DNA from: Heterodontus francisci
Taxonomy: Eukaryota
Assembly (NCBI RefSeq): GCF_036365525.1
Contig: NC_090401.1
Coordinates: 31,393,036-31,457,035, forward strand
DNA: 64,000 nucleotides
Direction: 5' to 3'
Below are positions 62,856-64,000 of the stretch, piece after piece. Position numbers and translations under genes: made by a program. The notes under the pieces were generated by a model, which did no database searches, had not been told where the DNA came from, and saw nothing but the letters and a program-made list of their open reading frames with translations. Position 1 is the first letter of the stretch. Each line of letters begins with the position of its first letter.

Positions 62856-62925
62856 CCCGAGAGTTTCTATGTATTCATACACTTGAGCTTCAAGAAAAGC
62901 AATTTCTTTGTTGCGTTCTGAATCC
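62856..62925 (-). CDS. SF3A3: SF3A3 coding exon (70 nt): (R)DSERNKEIAFLEAQVYEYIETLG
   Basis: Acceptor CTGCAG|G and donor GG|GTGAGT on the minus strand; peptide matches vertebrate SF3A3 (human RDTERNKDIAFLEAQIYEYVEILG, from memory); ends in phase 0, matching the next exon. Not in the ORF track. Confidence 0.93.
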
Positions 62926-64000
62926 CTGCAGTTGTAGTGGGGGAAAAAGACATTAACTATATTGAAAGACATAGTTCAAAATAAACCAATTCAATACAGG
63001 AAAGCCCCATTTCTTGTGTTCTTGTGCTGTAGAACATTCATATGGAGAGATCGCAGAATCTCTGCTCTGGTATAATTTTCAATTTTACAAAGCATGAGGA
63101 AGTACAACACTCTTCATCAGATTTTGTTTGAAATTCCAATATATGCACACAATTTTCCAGAGCAGTCACAATTCTTTTGTTTTGATGCTCATTAGGTTGA
63201 GAACTGATAGCGTTAGAGAAAGAAATATTTTTCGATTTCACGCATTAAACATTATAGGCCAGTTGTAGTATAGATAAATGTTCTTCGACTTGGCAACCTC
63301 AAGGGTTCTAATGATACCTCACACCTTGATTTTCATGGGTCTTGCAATGTGCTACCATATTAGGGGCTTCCTGTGCTGCCAAGCAAAACATGCATCTGAA
63401 TGTTTGTGTCACAATGCACAGAATTAGTACCGTGTCATAGCCCAAGTACTCGGTGAACATTTCAAACTTTCATCTGCTTGAAACAGCAAATAAAAATCTA
63501 CACTGGTTTGTTACACATTTACTTGAATTGAGGCCTAACGCCCACTCCTGCATGCACGGCATTAAGTGCAGTATGAAATAAATATTAAAAAGTTGGTTAT
63601 GACATTAAACCTGCATTATCACTCCCCTGAAAATTCAGTAAGTTTATCCTGTGCACGATATAGAATGTTTCCAAGAATAGATTTTTGGTCTGTGTTGAGG
63701 AAGGTGCTACAATTGACTGCAGCTTTCTGAAGTTAAATAGAAGCAATATCAACCAAAGTTCCTGCTCCTGATCATCCCTTTGCATGCACTAGGGGTGACA
63801 AAAGAATTAATATTTGTCTGTAATGCTCCATAAACAAACAGCCTGCCAATATTGAATGGTTTATACATAAATGATGTCCAGTTGGCTGAACTACCACACG
63901 GCACCCAACACCAACAGAACTGTACCTCAAAAAGGAGTCAGCACCTATAGGAGGAAAGGGAGAAAATTGCTAGAGCAAGCTGGGAAAAAAAGCTATTTAT

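Noticed and set aside
63095-63125. CTGATGA on the minus strand in an SF3A3 intron as another hammerhead or C box
   Set aside because: No stem II-GAAA arrangement or Penelope tail follows; likely chance.
1-64000. CRISPR array, retron, DGR or other prokaryotic system
   Set aside because: No regularly spaced repeat-spacer array or operon structure; all RT sequences belong to eukaryotic LINE or LTR elements, and the host gene has spliceosomal introns.

Overview
Eukaryotic, repeat-rich vertebrate DNA; the repeat families (V-SINE with a CR1-type tail, DeuSINE-type SINE, several CR1/L2 LINEs, Penelope-like pieces) point to a cartilaginous fish such as a shark (inference). The only recognisable host gene is SF3A3 (U2 snRNP SF3a subunit). 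Its last six coding exons lie on the minus strand (62925 down to the stop at 53673), with clean GT-AG junctions and consistent phases; the 5' part of the gene is beyond the right edge. Positions ~1-52,500 are a stack of nested, mostly decayed transposons: CR1-like LINEs, a second CR1/L2-group LINE, L2, old and very young RTE, five near-identical V-SINEs, a full-length dead Mag-type Gypsy element with both LTRs, two solo LTRs, a decayed PIF/Harbinger transposase, and hAT- and Harbinger-type MITEs. The most interesting signal is a set of very short Penelope-derived insertions carrying minimal hammerhead-ribozyme-like motifs, two with perfect 13-14 bp target-site duplications. I found no prokaryote-type system (CRISPR, operon, defence locus). 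Most ORFs in the supplied track are TE fragments or noise. Repeat boundaries are read by eye and are approximate unless a TSD is quoted.
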